A stretch of DNA of 64,000 nucleotides from Opitutaceae bacterium (lineage in GTDB: Bacteria > Verrucomicrobiota > Verrucomicrobiia > Opitutales > Coraliomargaritaceae): positions 608,001-672,000 of the forward strand of contig JBPOFY010000001.1 of NCBI GenBank assembly GCA_051252375.1, given 5' to 3'. Each line of letters opens with the position of its first letter. The stretch's first letter is position 1. The notes under the pieces were generated by a model that saw only the letters and a program-made list of their open reading frames with translations, ran no database searches and was not told where the DNA came from. A program made the translations under genes and the position numbers. This document shows positions 1 to 10,176 of this stretch, in pieces.

Positions 1-1
1 T

Positions 2-247
2 GTATATCCTATGTCAGTGCACCCGGATGAGATGAGTGCTGAGATGCGGCAGACCAGTCTTGAGGCTGATTTCGACTTAGAGCCTTTGCGTGTCGAAAAA
101 ATTGGGCGTAATCTGTATATGTGCATGAGTCGCCTGAGGTCTGTGAAATGGCTAGAGGGTGATGCGCACGATTTGAGTATTCCCGATACGGCAGGAATTA
201 TTGACGCTGAAGCGAAACTGCAGTCCTACGCCCAAACACTTCCATGA
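2..247 (+). CDS. C-terminal fragment (5' end outside window) of a GT-C-like membrane protein, paralog of 244..2031 and 7417..9282
   Basis: Frame is open from position 2; SLEADFDLEPLRVEKIGRNLYMCMSRLRSVK aligns by eye with SLNARFELESVAVQPIKENLYYSIERVVGLK in the 7417 protein; stop overlaps next start (ATGA). Confidence 0.65.
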   Translation, partial: VYPMSVHPDEMSAEMRQTSLEADFDLEPLRVEKIGRNLYMCMSRLRSVKWLEGDAHDLSIPDTAGIIDAEAKLQSYAQTLP

Positions 248-2031
248 GCCAATCAAAGTATGTATCCGTATTGAAGGCACTGCCGGTAGGTCGTGTCTTG
301 CTAGCATGTCTCGGTGTCTTCGTGGTGATTGTAGGATATCTATTCATTCCCTCCGATCTCGCAGAAAGGGCGGTTCGGTTTGGGGCTTATTGGCCGATCC
401 TATTGGCTTTCATTGGATTTTTCGCCTGCGCATGTTGTTTGATTCGTTCGGAACAGGTGCGGTTGTCGAAGCTTGCCAGCAAGCTAGGGCTTGGTTTCGC
501 GATTTGCTTTTTGCTCTGTGTGGGTCTCAGCTTTGTTCATGTTGAGTTAGGTCCCAAGATTCTGATGGACGATGCGATCTTGGAATCGACCGCGAAAAGT
601 CTTCACCAGAGTCGAGAGGTTTATACGTCGACCTTTGGTCGCTGGGTAGCGAACGATTTCACCATCTTTGATGGTTATGTAGATAAGCGCCCGCTGTTGT
701 ATCCGTTTGCTGTGTCCTTGTTGCATGATCTCTCCGGTTACCGGAGTTCGAATCCGTATATCGTCAATGTCATCAGCGGTGTCTGCCTGCTCTTTGCGCT
801 GTCGCTCTTGGGCTATTTCTTAAATGGGCGGAAGGGTGCCTACTTGATGTTGTTGCTCTGGGTGAGTCTGCCGCTCCTGTCGCAAAACGCATCCGGTTCG
901 GGAATGGATTTGATTAACCTGCTTTTCCTCGTGGGGGTGATTCTGTTATCGATTCTCTATTGGAAGCGTTTGGATGCAGTGAGTGAATCGGCGCTGGCGT
1001 TGGCGGGTGTGTTGCTAGCGCAGGGGCGCTACGAATCACCGCTATTTTTGCTGCCGATTGCCGGAATCATTGTTTTCGGATGGATTCGAAAGGGAGCAGT
1101 GATCTTATCCGCAGGCACTATTTGCGCGGCTCCTTTGTTGTTTGGATTGGCGCTACAGAATAAATTCTTTTCTCAGTCGGAGGCCTTATGGGAGTTACAT
1201 TCAGGCGCGCAGACGCCATTCGCTTTTGAGAATCTCGCGGATAATTTTGCCAGAGCACTGTCGTTCTATTTTAACACCAGCGATGCTTATGCGAATTCAC
1301 TGTGGATCGCTTTGTTGGGTTTTCCAGCAGTGGTCTTCTTGGTGTTGTATTTTGTGCGTGGTTGGCGCGCGATTTATTCAGAGAAACCCGCGCAGAGTAT
1401 TTTTGGACTGTTTTCGCTTTTCCTATTTGCCCACATATTGGTGATTCTGTGTTACCACGATGGGCAATTGAACCGTTTGTTTGCTTCCCGTTTTGCACTG
1501 CCTTCATATCTGCTTTTGACCTCGGCTATTATCATTGTGCTGGGAGCATTTACTAGAAGTCAGAAAGTCTGGGGCGGTTTTGCAGCCTGCACACTTGTTT
1601 TTATCGTGGGCTATACTTTGCCCATGAATGCCAAGGGGGTCTTTACTCAAAGGAACTACGTCGCGAATGAGATCGAATGGATGCAATCGATTGCGGATGA
1701 GCAATTCGAAGAGAGGAGTCTGGTAGTTGATACGTATACCATTCCGTGGACACTACGGCAGACGGCTTCGCTTTCACCGCTCCAAGCGTTTTCGAATGCG
1801 GTTCGATTGTATGATGATTTTGCGTCCGGCAAATATACCTCGATCTATTTAATCGAGCGAAACGAGTATTCGATTGTTGAAAACAAAGTGCAACGGCATG
1901 ACTCGCTCTATCCTGTCGGGGTGTTTGCCGTCGAGTTGCTCGCTCAAAGAAGCTTCGAGCCATACAAGCAGACCTCCATTTATAGAGTTACTGGGATTGA
2001 TCGGTCTGCGGCTGAGAAGCTGTTGAAGTAG
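244..2031 (+). CDS. Polytopic membrane protein, GT-C (ArnT/PMT-like) glycosyltransferase candidate
   Basis: 595 aa with many hydrophobic segments; acidic pair in first loop (KILMDD), DKRPLLYP motif, RYE motif, soluble C-terminal domain. Confidence 0.65.
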   Translation: MSQSKYVSVLKALPVGRVLLACLGVFVVIVGYLFIPSDLAERAVRFGAYWPILLAFIGFFACACCLIRSEQVRLSKLASKLGLGFAICFLLCVGLSFVHVELGPKILMDDAILESTAKSLHQSREVYTSTFGRWVANDFTIFDGYVDKRPLLYPFAVSLLHDLSGYRSSNPYIVNVISGVCLLFALSLLGYFLNGRKGAYLMLLLWVSLPLLSQNASGSGMDLINLLFLVGVILLSILYWKRLDAVSESALALAGVLLAQGRYESPLFLLPIAGIIVFGWIRKGAVILSAGTICAAPLLFGLALQNKFFSQSEALWELHSGAQTPFAFENLADNFARALSFYFNTSDAYANSLWIALLGFPAVVFLVLYFVRGWRAIYSEKPAQSIFGLFSLFLFAHILVILCYHDGQLNRLFASRFALPSYLLLTSAIIIVLGAFTRSQKVWGGFAACTLVFIVGYTLPMNAKGVFTQRNYVANEIEWMQSIADEQFEERSLVVDTYTIPWTLRQTASLSPLQAFSNAVRLYDDFASGKYTSIYLIERNEYSIVENKVQRHDSLYPVGVFAVELLAQRSFEPYKQTSIYRVTGIDRSAAEKLLK

Positions 2032-4033
2032 TCGCTCGTAATCGAGGGTTCGTAATTAGATGGGCAGTCGTGTCCTCGCTTTTTGCAACTAGGAGGGGAT
2101 CCAATGATTCCGCATAGATGCCGATGAGTAAGAGGTAGTCGATTTCACTGCGCATAAATGTGTCGACGGCTTTTTGGATATCCAGGGTTTCGACACCTCT
2201 TATGTGATTCAGTGGATACCACGTAACATCTGGGCGCGCTTTGAAAAATCCGTAGTGCTGGTCATGCCCATGTAAGAAGATTGCCACCTCACTGCTTGCC
2301 GGAAGGTCAGCTAAGAGTTTAGAGGGCTCGCCTTTGTGAAGCTCTGGTCGATCCATTGCTTTCGACCAAGCGTTTTGCTCGGTCGTCAGCGCCTTTTTGA
2401 GGCTCTCGATTGGAGTGCGGTTTTCACTTTTATACAGTTCGCGACCGATCGGAATCAATGGTCGTGAGAAATCGATGCATTTTACTGTGACCAAGAAAAG
2501 AATCGAGAGGGCGCAAAACGCATGGCGTATGTAGCGCCTGTTCCACGACTCTAAGGTGATGGCGAGTGCGGGTATAGTCGCGATGAAGAAGGTCGAGAAG
2601 AAGCGCCCGTTCCATGGCATCCATGAAACTTTAGCGGAGACGATCAGGTAAAATCCCATTGCGGGTAGCAATAGAAAGAACGTTTTAGGGTGCCGATAGA
2701 TGGCGTAAGGAATGCAGAGGAATAGAATGAAGGCGCCGAAGGGACCAAACCATGCCCAATCTTCATGTGTCACCCAAGAGATGGAGAAAGACTCTCTGGA
2801 AGCGCCGGCATCTTCGAAGATGGGTTCGAGGTTTTGTTGGTAGAAGTGATTGAGCGTTTCGGAGTATCTCGACTGCCCAAGCACCTGTGGGGCAATGTAG
2901 TCGGTAATCGTGCCGACTTGTATGACTTGCAGGGCATATCGGGTGCCGTTGGCGAGTGTGCCGAGCATCCCATCGTGTTGTGTGTGGCGTTCGGTAAACT
3001 CATTGGGGCCTGACCACGTTCCATATTGGTTCGCATTCCAAACAAACAACCAAATTTGCGAAGCTATGAGGAAGGGGATGGCGCAGACTAAGCAGAGTTT
3101 GTAGTCTTTCCCTAAGCCCGTGAGAATTCGGATGCATTCGCTAGGTTGGTAGAGTTTGAAGTGGAGAATCGCCAGTAGCCCTAGACCCGGCATGAATGCC
3201 ATGAATGTGGTTTTGATCGAGATGCCGAACAGGCAAAGACCTAAGAGTAACAATAGCGTCCGATGCGATGACTCCCTTGGAAACCGTATGACCAGCAATA
3301 AAGCAGCGGCAGCAGTTGCGACCATTAAGATGTCGTTTTTGACGGTGACTGCTTGAAGAACCAGTGCAGTCAGGCTCGTTAATATGACAGCTGCGGTGAT
3401 CGCGTTTTTGACAGAGGCAAATTGCCGACTGATGGCATAGGCTGCCGCACCGATCGCGATATAGCTGCTCAGACTAAATATCGCGAGGCCGTGGTTAGTG
3501 CCCAGTGCGACGAATGGGTAGAATAAAATGTCAGCACCCACGGGAAAAATGACTTCGTGGTAGCGATTGAAGGCATCAATGAAAAAGCTGTTCTCCTGAA
3601 TGAACAGAAAGACGCGAGGCAGGTGGTAGGCGAGCGCGTCGTGGTTTTTAATCGGCAGGAGTAGGACTTGTAGGAGCGTGTAAAGCAGGCAAATGACGAT
3701 GGGGATCGCGACCCAAGCATATGTTTTCGCGAATTGGTAGATGCGAGCAGTGTCTTCTCGTAGCGCCGCTTGATGCACGGCGATCATTCGACCGCAAAAA
3801 ATAAGGAAGCAAAGTGATAAGACGATGCCCGCGATAGAGTTACCGGAGAGGAAACGTATTTGAAAGATCAGCGAAAAGGCTGCCTGTGTTAGCGGCACTG
3901 CCGTAGCGATGGCGGGGGCAATCGGCCATCGAAGCTTCCGTAGATAGCTATACATGCCTGTAACTGCACCAAGGTAAATGGTTACAAGAAGTATGCCGCT
4001 AGTTAGGCTTAACCATATGGGTGCATTTGTCAT
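1988..4033 (-). CDS. GT-C / GT39-like membrane glycosyltransferase
   Basis: 681 aa polytopic; NHDALAYHLPRV loop, KND and NGRF motifs typical of uncharacterised ArnT-like proteins. Confidence 0.65.
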   Translation of the reverse strand: MTNAPIWLSLTSGILLVTIYLGAVTGMYSYLRKLRWPIAPAIATAVPLTQAAFSLIFQIRFLSGNSIAGIVLSLCFLIFCGRMIAVHQAALREDTARIYQFAKTYAWVAIPIVICLLYTLLQVLLLPIKNHDALAYHLPRVFLFIQENSFFIDAFNRYHEVIFPVGADILFYPFVALGTNHGLAIFSLSSYIAIGAAAYAISRQFASVKNAITAAVILTSLTALVLQAVTVKNDILMVATAAAALLLVIRFPRESSHRTLLLLLGLCLFGISIKTTFMAFMPGLGLLAILHFKLYQPSECIRILTGLGKDYKLCLVCAIPFLIASQIWLFVWNANQYGTWSGPNEFTERHTQHDGMLGTLANGTRYALQVIQVGTITDYIAPQVLGQSRYSETLNHFYQQNLEPIFEDAGASRESFSISWVTHEDWAWFGPFGAFILFLCIPYAIYRHPKTFFLLLPAMGFYLIVSAKVSWMPWNGRFFSTFFIATIPALAITLESWNRRYIRHAFCALSILFLVTVKCIDFSRPLIPIGRELYKSENRTPIESLKKALTTEQNAWSKAMDRPELHKGEPSKLLADLPASSEVAIFLHGHDQHYGFFKARPDVTWYPLNHIRGVETLDIQKAVDTFMRSEIDYLLLIGIYAESLDPLLVAKSEDTTAHLITNPRLRATTSTASQPQTDQSQ

Positions 4034-4132
4034 CTGAGAATAGCTTTAGCGGTTTTTATTTGAAGGTCGACCTCGATTCGCATGGGTTAATTTGAGTGGC
4101 ATTGCTGCTATAAACGAATATCGAATAAGGAC

Positions 4133-5407
4133 ATGAGTGGAGAAAACGGAAAACTGAAGGAGAGTCAGCTCCCGCGCATTGCGCTGATCACGAGCGTGAT
4201 TGTAGGGGTGTGCTACTTATTCCTGTATCCTGACTTGTGGCTCTATCTGATCGGAGGCATGCACTTTACGGATAGTGCCTATTATCCGTTCCTTGATATG
4301 CATGGACGATTGGCTGCGTTTGAGGGACATCGCGCGGGGATCGATATCTTATATAATCCAAATCCGTTTGATCCGTTTCAGCGGGTGAGCGTGAAGCCCA
4401 CCTGGCCATTGGCACTCACCTTCCTGGGTCTCGGGCCACAACATCTGATCGCCGCCGGGACTGCTGCAGCCGTGGGCCTTGGTGCGATCGTTTTTTCGAT
4501 CCTGAAACCAAAGCGCTGGTTGGAAATGTTGGTCTTGTTGCCGATTTGTTTTTCACCTCCGATTCTTTTAGGTATTGAGCGGGGGAATGATGATATTGTG
4601 TATCTGATTTTGTTGGCGCTGGTGCCGCTGATATTGAAGTTAAAACTATCTGTGCGTTTCTGGTTGGCGTGGCTTGTGATTTTCATGCTCGCCCCAGCAA
4701 AGTATTATCCCGGTGCGGTATTTGGTATTTTCTTTTTAGAAGTTAAAAATTGGCGACAGCTTGGGCTGCTTTTTGGCGCAGGTGTTTTATTTGTTACGGC
4801 ATACTTTTGCTCGCACATGGATGAGGTGCTTTACTTGAAAGAGGCAGTTCCCAAACCAAACTTTTTCTTAGTCCATGGCGCGTCGCTCACATTTGAGGCG
4901 ATTAATGTTCAGGCTTACTGGGGCGCATTGCTGTCGTTGTTATGCGCCATTATTGGTGTGGTGATTGTCGTGATTCCCCGCTGGTTGACGTTGAATTTGG
5001 AGATTAGTTTGCAGCGCTGGTTTCTGCTGGGGTATGCGGTCTTTGCTTTCTGTTTCTTTTTCAACAGCAATTTTGATTACAGGCTGATCTATCTGTTGCT
5101 GATGCTACCGCTCCTTTTTCAGTTGGGGCGGATGCCGGTGTTTTGCAAAGGTTCTGTGTCTATGGTGCGTATCATGGTGCTTTTGTTGATCCCTGCATTT
5201 TGGCTCGAAATTGTGGGCATGCACTACTTCCTCATCCAGGAAAGTTGGACCATTGAGCTGGTTCGCTTTGCGGTGTACTTAAAGAGTGCCATGCTCTGGA
5301 TCTTTCTATTTGGTAGCACAGTGATTGCTGCTACTTTACTACGTTCTAACCTGCGATCATTGGCAGCCGATTTCTATGCTGATTGTAAGCAATTTCGTCT
5401 TAAATAA
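4133..5407 (+). CDS. GT87/DUF2029-like membrane glycosyltransferase
   Basis: 424 aa polytopic; FLD loop motif, ERGNDD, KYYP and DYRL motifs resemble GT87 mannosyl/arabinosyltransferases. Confidence 0.6.
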   Translation: MSGENGKLKESQLPRIALITSVIVGVCYLFLYPDLWLYLIGGMHFTDSAYYPFLDMHGRLAAFEGHRAGIDILYNPNPFDPFQRVSVKPTWPLALTFLGLGPQHLIAAGTAAAVGLGAIVFSILKPKRWLEMLVLLPICFSPPILLGIERGNDDIVYLILLALVPLILKLKLSVRFWLAWLVIFMLAPAKYYPGAVFGIFFLEVKNWRQLGLLFGAGVLFVTAYFCSHMDEVLYLKEAVPKPNFFLVHGASLTFEAINVQAYWGALLSLLCAIIGVVIVVIPRWLTLNLEISLQRWFLLGYAVFAFCFFFNSNFDYRLIYLLLMLPLLFQLGRMPVFCKGSVSMVRIMVLLLIPAFWLEIVGMHYFLIQESWTIELVRFAVYLKSAMLWIFLFGSTVIAATLLRSNLRSLAADFYADCKQFRLK

Positions 5408-5410
5408 ATT

Positions 5411-6010
5411 ATGAAACCTCAGACGACTAACTTCGAAAAATTTCAAACTGGCAATGTAGTTGTGCGACGACTCATTGAGCACTTCTTTTCCAAGATTCGG
5501 CATTACGTTTCCTTGCGCCCTATTTCCAATATGCTGGATGCAGGTTGTGGAGAGGGGATGACGCTCTATCAATTGAATGACTTGTTGCCAGAGTCAGTCA
5601 CTGCATTCGACCTCAATCCGACTTGCGTGGAATACACTAAAGCACTTTTCCCAGAAGCTGCGATCACGGTGCAAAATATTTACGAACTACCCTACGAGGA
5701 AAAGTCATTCGACCTAGTGCTTTGCATGGAGGTGATGGAGCACTTGCCTGATCCGCTGGAGGCCTTGAGGGGTCTGAAGCGAGTGGCTGCGGGTCGAATC
5801 ATTTTGTCAGTCCCGCATGAACCCTGGTTTCGCTTGGGTAGCCTTTGTCGTGGTAAATACTTGAAGACCTTTGGCAACCACCCTGAGCACGTTAACCATT
5901 GGTCACCCGCTACATTTAAAGCATTTCTTGAGCAGGAGTTTGATCAGGTGACTGTGGACACGTCTTTCCCGTGGATTATTGCTGAAGTCATCGTTTCGAA
6001 AGCTCCGTAG
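5411..6010 (+). CDS. Class I SAM-dependent methyltransferase
   Basis: LDAGCGEG motif I, FDLVLCMEVMEHL, LSVP. Confidence 0.9.
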   Translation: MKPQTTNFEKFQTGNVVVRRLIEHFFSKIRHYVSLRPISNMLDAGCGEGMTLYQLNDLLPESVTAFDLNPTCVEYTKALFPEAAITVQNIYELPYEEKSFDLVLCMEVMEHLPDPLEALRGLKRVAAGRIILSVPHEPWFRLGSLCRGKYLKTFGNHPEHVNHWSPATFKAFLEQEFDQVTVDTSFPWIIAEVIVSKAP

Positions 6011-6021
6011 GTTTATCAATC

Positions 6022-6420
6022 ATGGCACTGGAACTAAAAGCTTTGGTCACTCGCTTTGGACGGCTTGGCGTGGTGGCTATCTGTAGTTTCCTTGCAAATG
6101 TGCTGCTGACGGTAGGTTTAACCGAAGGGCTCTCGCTGCCCCCGCAAACTGCTTTTGCGATCGTGCTGGTATGTATCTTTAGCGTGAATTTTTGGGTCAC
6201 GCGACGTTGGGTGTTTAGTGATCGAGTAGAAGGCTCGAATGCATGGGCGCAATTCGTGAAGTGCCTAGCTGTCTCGGCGAGCTTCCGCGTATTGGAATGG
6301 TTCGCTTTTTATCTGTTGCTCGACCTGTGGCACTTCCACTACGTCGTCACATTGGTAGGAGTTTTGTGCCTGTCTTTCGCGCTTAAATCTTTGATTTATG
6401 AGCGCTATGTATTCCGCTAG
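6022..6420 (+). CDS. GtrA family flippase-like protein
   Basis: 132 aa, four hydrophobic helices, NFWVTRRWVF motif. Confidence 0.8.
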   Translation: MALELKALVTRFGRLGVVAICSFLANVLLTVGLTEGLSLPPQTAFAIVLVCIFSVNFWVTRRWVFSDRVEGSNAWAQFVKCLAVSASFRVLEWFAFYLLLDLWHFHYVVTLVGVLCLSFALKSLIYERYVFR

Positions 6421-7382
6421 AGATTGAGTGTCTGCGCGACATGTTTGTCGGTGTCGCTTTTATCTTGTCGCGTAATCATTTCGGCAATCAGTCCCAGTGA
6501 GACTAATTGCGCCCCGAGTAGTAGCAGTAGTATGCCGAGGAAGAATAGTGGTCGTCCGCCGATTTCTGTGCCGAAAAACATCTTGCTGAACGAAAGCCAA
6601 GCGAGCGTGGCAAATCCGATAAAGCCTGCCAAGAATCCAGTGCCACCGAATAAGTGAGCGGGTCTGCGCAGGTAGCGACTGGTAACGACCACCGTGATCA
6701 GATCGAGGAGACCTTTCAGGAACCGCTTGCTGCCGTATTTTGAAACGCCGTGTTCTCGAGGGTGATGTTGCACTGCGATTTCGCCAACAGAGTAGCCTTC
6801 TGCGTGTGCGAGAATGGGCACGAAGCGATGGAGCTCACCAAAGAGCTTAATGTCTTGCGTGACTTCACGACGATAGGCTTTGAAGCCGCAGTTGAAGTCG
6901 TGGAGTTGCACGCCGCTGGCCGCACGAGCGAGACCGTTGAATACTTTGGACGGTAGGGTTTTGTTGAGTGGATCGTGGCGCACCTTTTTCCACCCGGAGA
7001 CCATATCGTAGCCTTCGTCTAATTTATTTAAGAACGCGGGTATTTCGTTCGGGTCATCTTGTAGGTCGGCATCGAGTGTGAAAATAATGTCTCCCGTGGC
7101 TTTGGAGAATCCAACTTGCAAGGCCTCGGCCTTTCCGAAATTTCTGCGAAAGCGTAGTCCCGTGCAGTGCTCCGGTTCGCTCTCGCATAATGCTTCGATC
7201 GCACTCCAAGAGCCGTCGGTGCTACCATCGTCGATGTAGTAAACTTTGAATTGTGTGTTGCCGCTTTTCTCCATCACGGTAGCGATGCGTTTATAGAGTT
7301 CGGCGATAGTCTCCTCCTCGTTGTAAACCGGAATGACGTAACTGATGGAGGGGTGTGCTTTTTGATTCGTGATGTTCGACAT
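6417..7382 (-). CDS. GT2 polyprenol-phosphate glycosyltransferase (ArnC/GtrB-like)
   Basis: VIPVYNEE, IDDGSTD, RNFGK, DADLQDDP, DFNCGFKAY, two C-terminal TM helices. Confidence 0.92.
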   Translation of the reverse strand: MSNITNQKAHPSISYVIPVYNEEETIAELYKRIATVMEKSGNTQFKVYYIDDGSTDGSWSAIEALCESEPEHCTGLRFRRNFGKAEALQVGFSKATGDIIFTLDADLQDDPNEIPAFLNKLDEGYDMVSGWKKVRHDPLNKTLPSKVFNGLARAASGVQLHDFNCGFKAYRREVTQDIKLFGELHRFVPILAHAEGYSVGEIAVQHHPREHGVSKYGSKRFLKGLLDLITVVVTSRYLRRPAHLFGGTGFLAGFIGFATLAWLSFSKMFFGTEIGGRPLFFLGILLLLLGAQLVSLGLIAEMITRQDKSDTDKHVAQTLNL

Positions 7383-7416
7383 GGGATATCAGTAAAAAAT
7401 AGAGGGGGTCAGTTTG

Positions 7417-9282
7417 CTACTTCGCTGTGGGTAGGGTAGCGGGAACTAGGTTTAAAATCGAGGTTAGATAATCGGTGAGGTTTCCTGCGGGATCTACCTC
7501 TGGTGGTAGATTTGCTGGGGCGGTTGCGTTTTGTGGCGTAGATGGTTTGAGACCGACGACGCGTTCGATACTATAATAGAGGTTTTCTTTGATGGGCTGC
7601 ACCGCAACTGATTCTAGCTCGAAACGGGCGTTGAGCGATCGATAGCGGCGAGGAGTGATCTTCTCGCCTCGTCCGTTTAGGTAATAGACTGTGAAGGCAT
7701 AGATGTCGTCATAGAGCCCCCATTCTTGTGTTTTGAGTATGCGCTCTGGTATTTGATTCGCGACGACGAAAGGGACGGTTGCTTGTCTCAATAAGCCAAA
7801 GCCAATGGCTGACTCAGCGAGGATGAGATGGTTGCCTTGAGGCATTTCCTCCTGTGCCCAATGTAGTGCCCAATCGTAGCCGGCAGAAACGCTCATCCGA
7901 GGTTCATCGTTGAGCCGAGCCGTATGTGAACCGCTTAGACCGATGATGTAGAGTCCTGCCACTGCATACATCCATTTGGATGGTTTCTGTAGCTTGAAAT
8001 CATATAGTAGCGCCATCGGGACGCTGAATACGAAGAAGAGCTGTAAAGGGAATGAGAAGCGCGACGTAGCGGGATCTGTCCATGCGCCCCAATAGCAAGT
8101 CAAGGCGAGGAAGGTGTTTCCTGCGACGATCAGGAAGACGACGAGTGGGACGGTGAGTCCATTGTCTGACTTGATGAAGGAGGGCGCCTTACGAAGGCAT
8201 TGAATGGACAGGAACAGTATCGAGATGGTTCCTGCCGAGCTGAGCAAGACAGAGTTGGAGTAGTCGCCAGTGAGCTCAAAAAGATAAGTGGCTGCATGTG
8301 CGAGGTTATCAGGCAGGTGATCGAAGCTGAAAAAGTTTTCGCCTGTGGTCTGGATGAAATTCGGGTAGCTCTGAAAGATTTTGTATGAAAGCAGCGGGAC
8401 GATGAGTAGCAGTGGGCTGAGTGCTGCAAACCAAGTCAGCATGAGCGTTTTGCTGCGATAGCTTTTCAATAAAAACAAAGTCGCAGGCACGAGCACGTAG
8501 AGGACTGATTCGTAGCGATTGTTGGCCAATAAAATCGCCACCATGAGCATGAGGTTTAAGCCCTCGCTGCCCTTGCTTTTCATGTAATGCAGCCCGGACA
8601 AAATGAGACCGCAAATTAGGCACAGATTGAGTAGCTCATAACCGCCACCGTTGGTGTTTTGTGCAAAGAGCGGTAGTCCTGCGGCGAGGAGTAAGGCAAG
8701 TATACCATGGCCGCGACTCGTCGTCTTTGCGGTCACTGTGTAGATTAAGCCGAGCAATAGAAGCGTGAGTGCTGAATTTAGCCAAAAAATATTTTCAAGG
8801 CGATACCCCGTGAGGCTATGAACTAAGGAGGTGACAAAGGGGAACAGTCCCGGGCGCTTGTCGACAAAGCCAATTTTGGTAATGACGTCGTCGCCGATGT
8901 TATGCGAAGCGGACTGCACAAATGCTTCTTGCTCGTGGTGCATACTCATTGCGGTAGAGCTCAAGACGTGCTCATCGAACAGTATCTTAAAACCACGGTC
9001 TACGTGGGTGTGTAGATAACATGTCGCTGCGAGTATAATGATGAGCGCAGGCCAGTGCTTTTTGAGCGCCGCTGTAACGGTCGTCAGATTTGTCGACTTG
9101 AAGGGTTGTCCTAGATAAAAAAGGAAAAGCGCGCACGTGCCGCCGAGCATCCAATAACTGTAATATTTGACTGCATGCACAGCCATTTCTGTGCTGATGA
9201 GTTTTAGAGGAATCAGCAGTGCTAACATCGCGGCAACTGCAGCGATCCCAATTTTTAAAAGTGTCTGTGATTTCTCGGGCAT
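7417..9282 (-). CDS. Polytopic GT-C-like glycosyltransferase candidate (paralog of 244..2031)
   Basis: KILFDEH, DKRPGLFP and RYES motifs; start moved to ATG 9282 to remove overlap with the upstream gene. Confidence 0.65.
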   Translation of the reverse strand: MPEKSQTLLKIGIAAVAAMLALLIPLKLISTEMAVHAVKYYSYWMLGGTCALFLFYLGQPFKSTNLTTVTAALKKHWPALIIILAATCYLHTHVDRGFKILFDEHVLSSTAMSMHHEQEAFVQSASHNIGDDVITKIGFVDKRPGLFPFVTSLVHSLTGYRLENIFWLNSALTLLLLGLIYTVTAKTTSRGHGILALLLAAGLPLFAQNTNGGGYELLNLCLICGLILSGLHYMKSKGSEGLNLMLMVAILLANNRYESVLYVLVPATLFLLKSYRSKTLMLTWFAALSPLLLIVPLLSYKIFQSYPNFIQTTGENFFSFDHLPDNLAHAATYLFELTGDYSNSVLLSSAGTISILFLSIQCLRKAPSFIKSDNGLTVPLVVFLIVAGNTFLALTCYWGAWTDPATSRFSFPLQLFFVFSVPMALLYDFKLQKPSKWMYAVAGLYIIGLSGSHTARLNDEPRMSVSAGYDWALHWAQEEMPQGNHLILAESAIGFGLLRQATVPFVVANQIPERILKTQEWGLYDDIYAFTVYYLNGRGEKITPRRYRSLNARFELESVAVQPIKENLYYSIERVVGLKPSTPQNATAPANLPPEVDPAGNLTDYLTSILNLVPATLPTAK

Positions 9283-9286
9283 CGGG

Positions 9287-10168
9287 TTACAGATAGGCGA
9301 TCTTTCGAGTGACGTCTGGCACGACAACTACATTGCGGCTGGCACCTGCAGGAATCGTGGCTGCCAGCGTGGCTGCTTCGGTTGGTAGTTGCTGCCCCTT
9401 GAAGTCGTAAAAGGTATAGCCGATATCGATCAGCAATTGGTGTATGTTTTCGAAGGCTCTGGCATGCTCGGTCTCATTGTAGTCGGGGGCCAACTCCATG
9501 AGGATGGTGGGGCGCAGTGTTGAAAAAGTATTTCGTCCGCCGGAGAGAACGTCCCACTCATGACCATCGACATCGATCTTAACTAAATCGAGGCGCTCGA
9601 TTTGATTGGCTTCGACTAGCGCGTCTAGCGTCGAGTGTTGGGCATCGCCAAGTGTTTTGAGAACTCCTTGGTGAGAGGGGTGGCGTTCGTCGGTCGAGTC
9701 AAATGGCCAACTTGAATGAATACTTCCGGCTATGCTCGAACCTTCTTCGCCTTCAGGTGCGCGTAAGACGCAATGGAAGGGATGGATTTGATCGGCGATC
9801 GTTGGATTGAGCTCAATGTTCCGTTGCAACTTATTGAATGCATACTCCGTGGCTTCGATGGCGTATGCTTTGCCGCTAGGGCTGACGCTTTGTCCCATCG
9901 TTAAAGTGTGTGCGCCGATGTTGGCGCCGATATCCATCACCACGTCGCCGTCTTTGACGTTTTGTCGAATAAACTGGCTGAGGTAGCTTTCAAAGCCGCC
10001 AGACAAATAAATCATAAAGTCGACGACTTCTCTTAAATCGAGTTCCCAAGTGAAGGAGCTACGTTGGAATTGACCGTGGACGTCCTTGCCAACGATTTTG
10101 CGTGCTAGTCGAACGATCCGAAAGGCTAGAGACGCGAGAAATATCTTATGTTTGGTTTGAAGGATCAT
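9287..10168 (-). CDS. FkbM family methyltransferase
   Basis: DIGANIGAHT, TLD, LVKIDVDGHE motifs. Confidence 0.9.
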   Translation of the reverse strand: MILQTKHKIFLASLAFRIVRLARKIVGKDVHGQFQRSSFTWELDLREVVDFMIYLSGGFESYLSQFIRQNVKDGDVVMDIGANIGAHTLTMGQSVSPSGKAYAIEATEYAFNKLQRNIELNPTIADQIHPFHCVLRAPEGEEGSSIAGSIHSSWPFDSTDERHPSHQGVLKTLGDAQHSTLDALVEANQIERLDLVKIDVDGHEWDVLSGGRNTFSTLRPTILMELAPDYNETEHARAFENIHQLLIDIGYTFYDFKGQQLPTEAATLAATIPAGASRNVVVVPDVTRKIAYL

Positions 10169-10176
10169 GTATTGGT

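Noticed and set aside
1988..2031. 44-nt convergent overlap of two GT-C genes
   Set aside because: Short tail-to-tail overlaps recur throughout this compact window and need no special explanation
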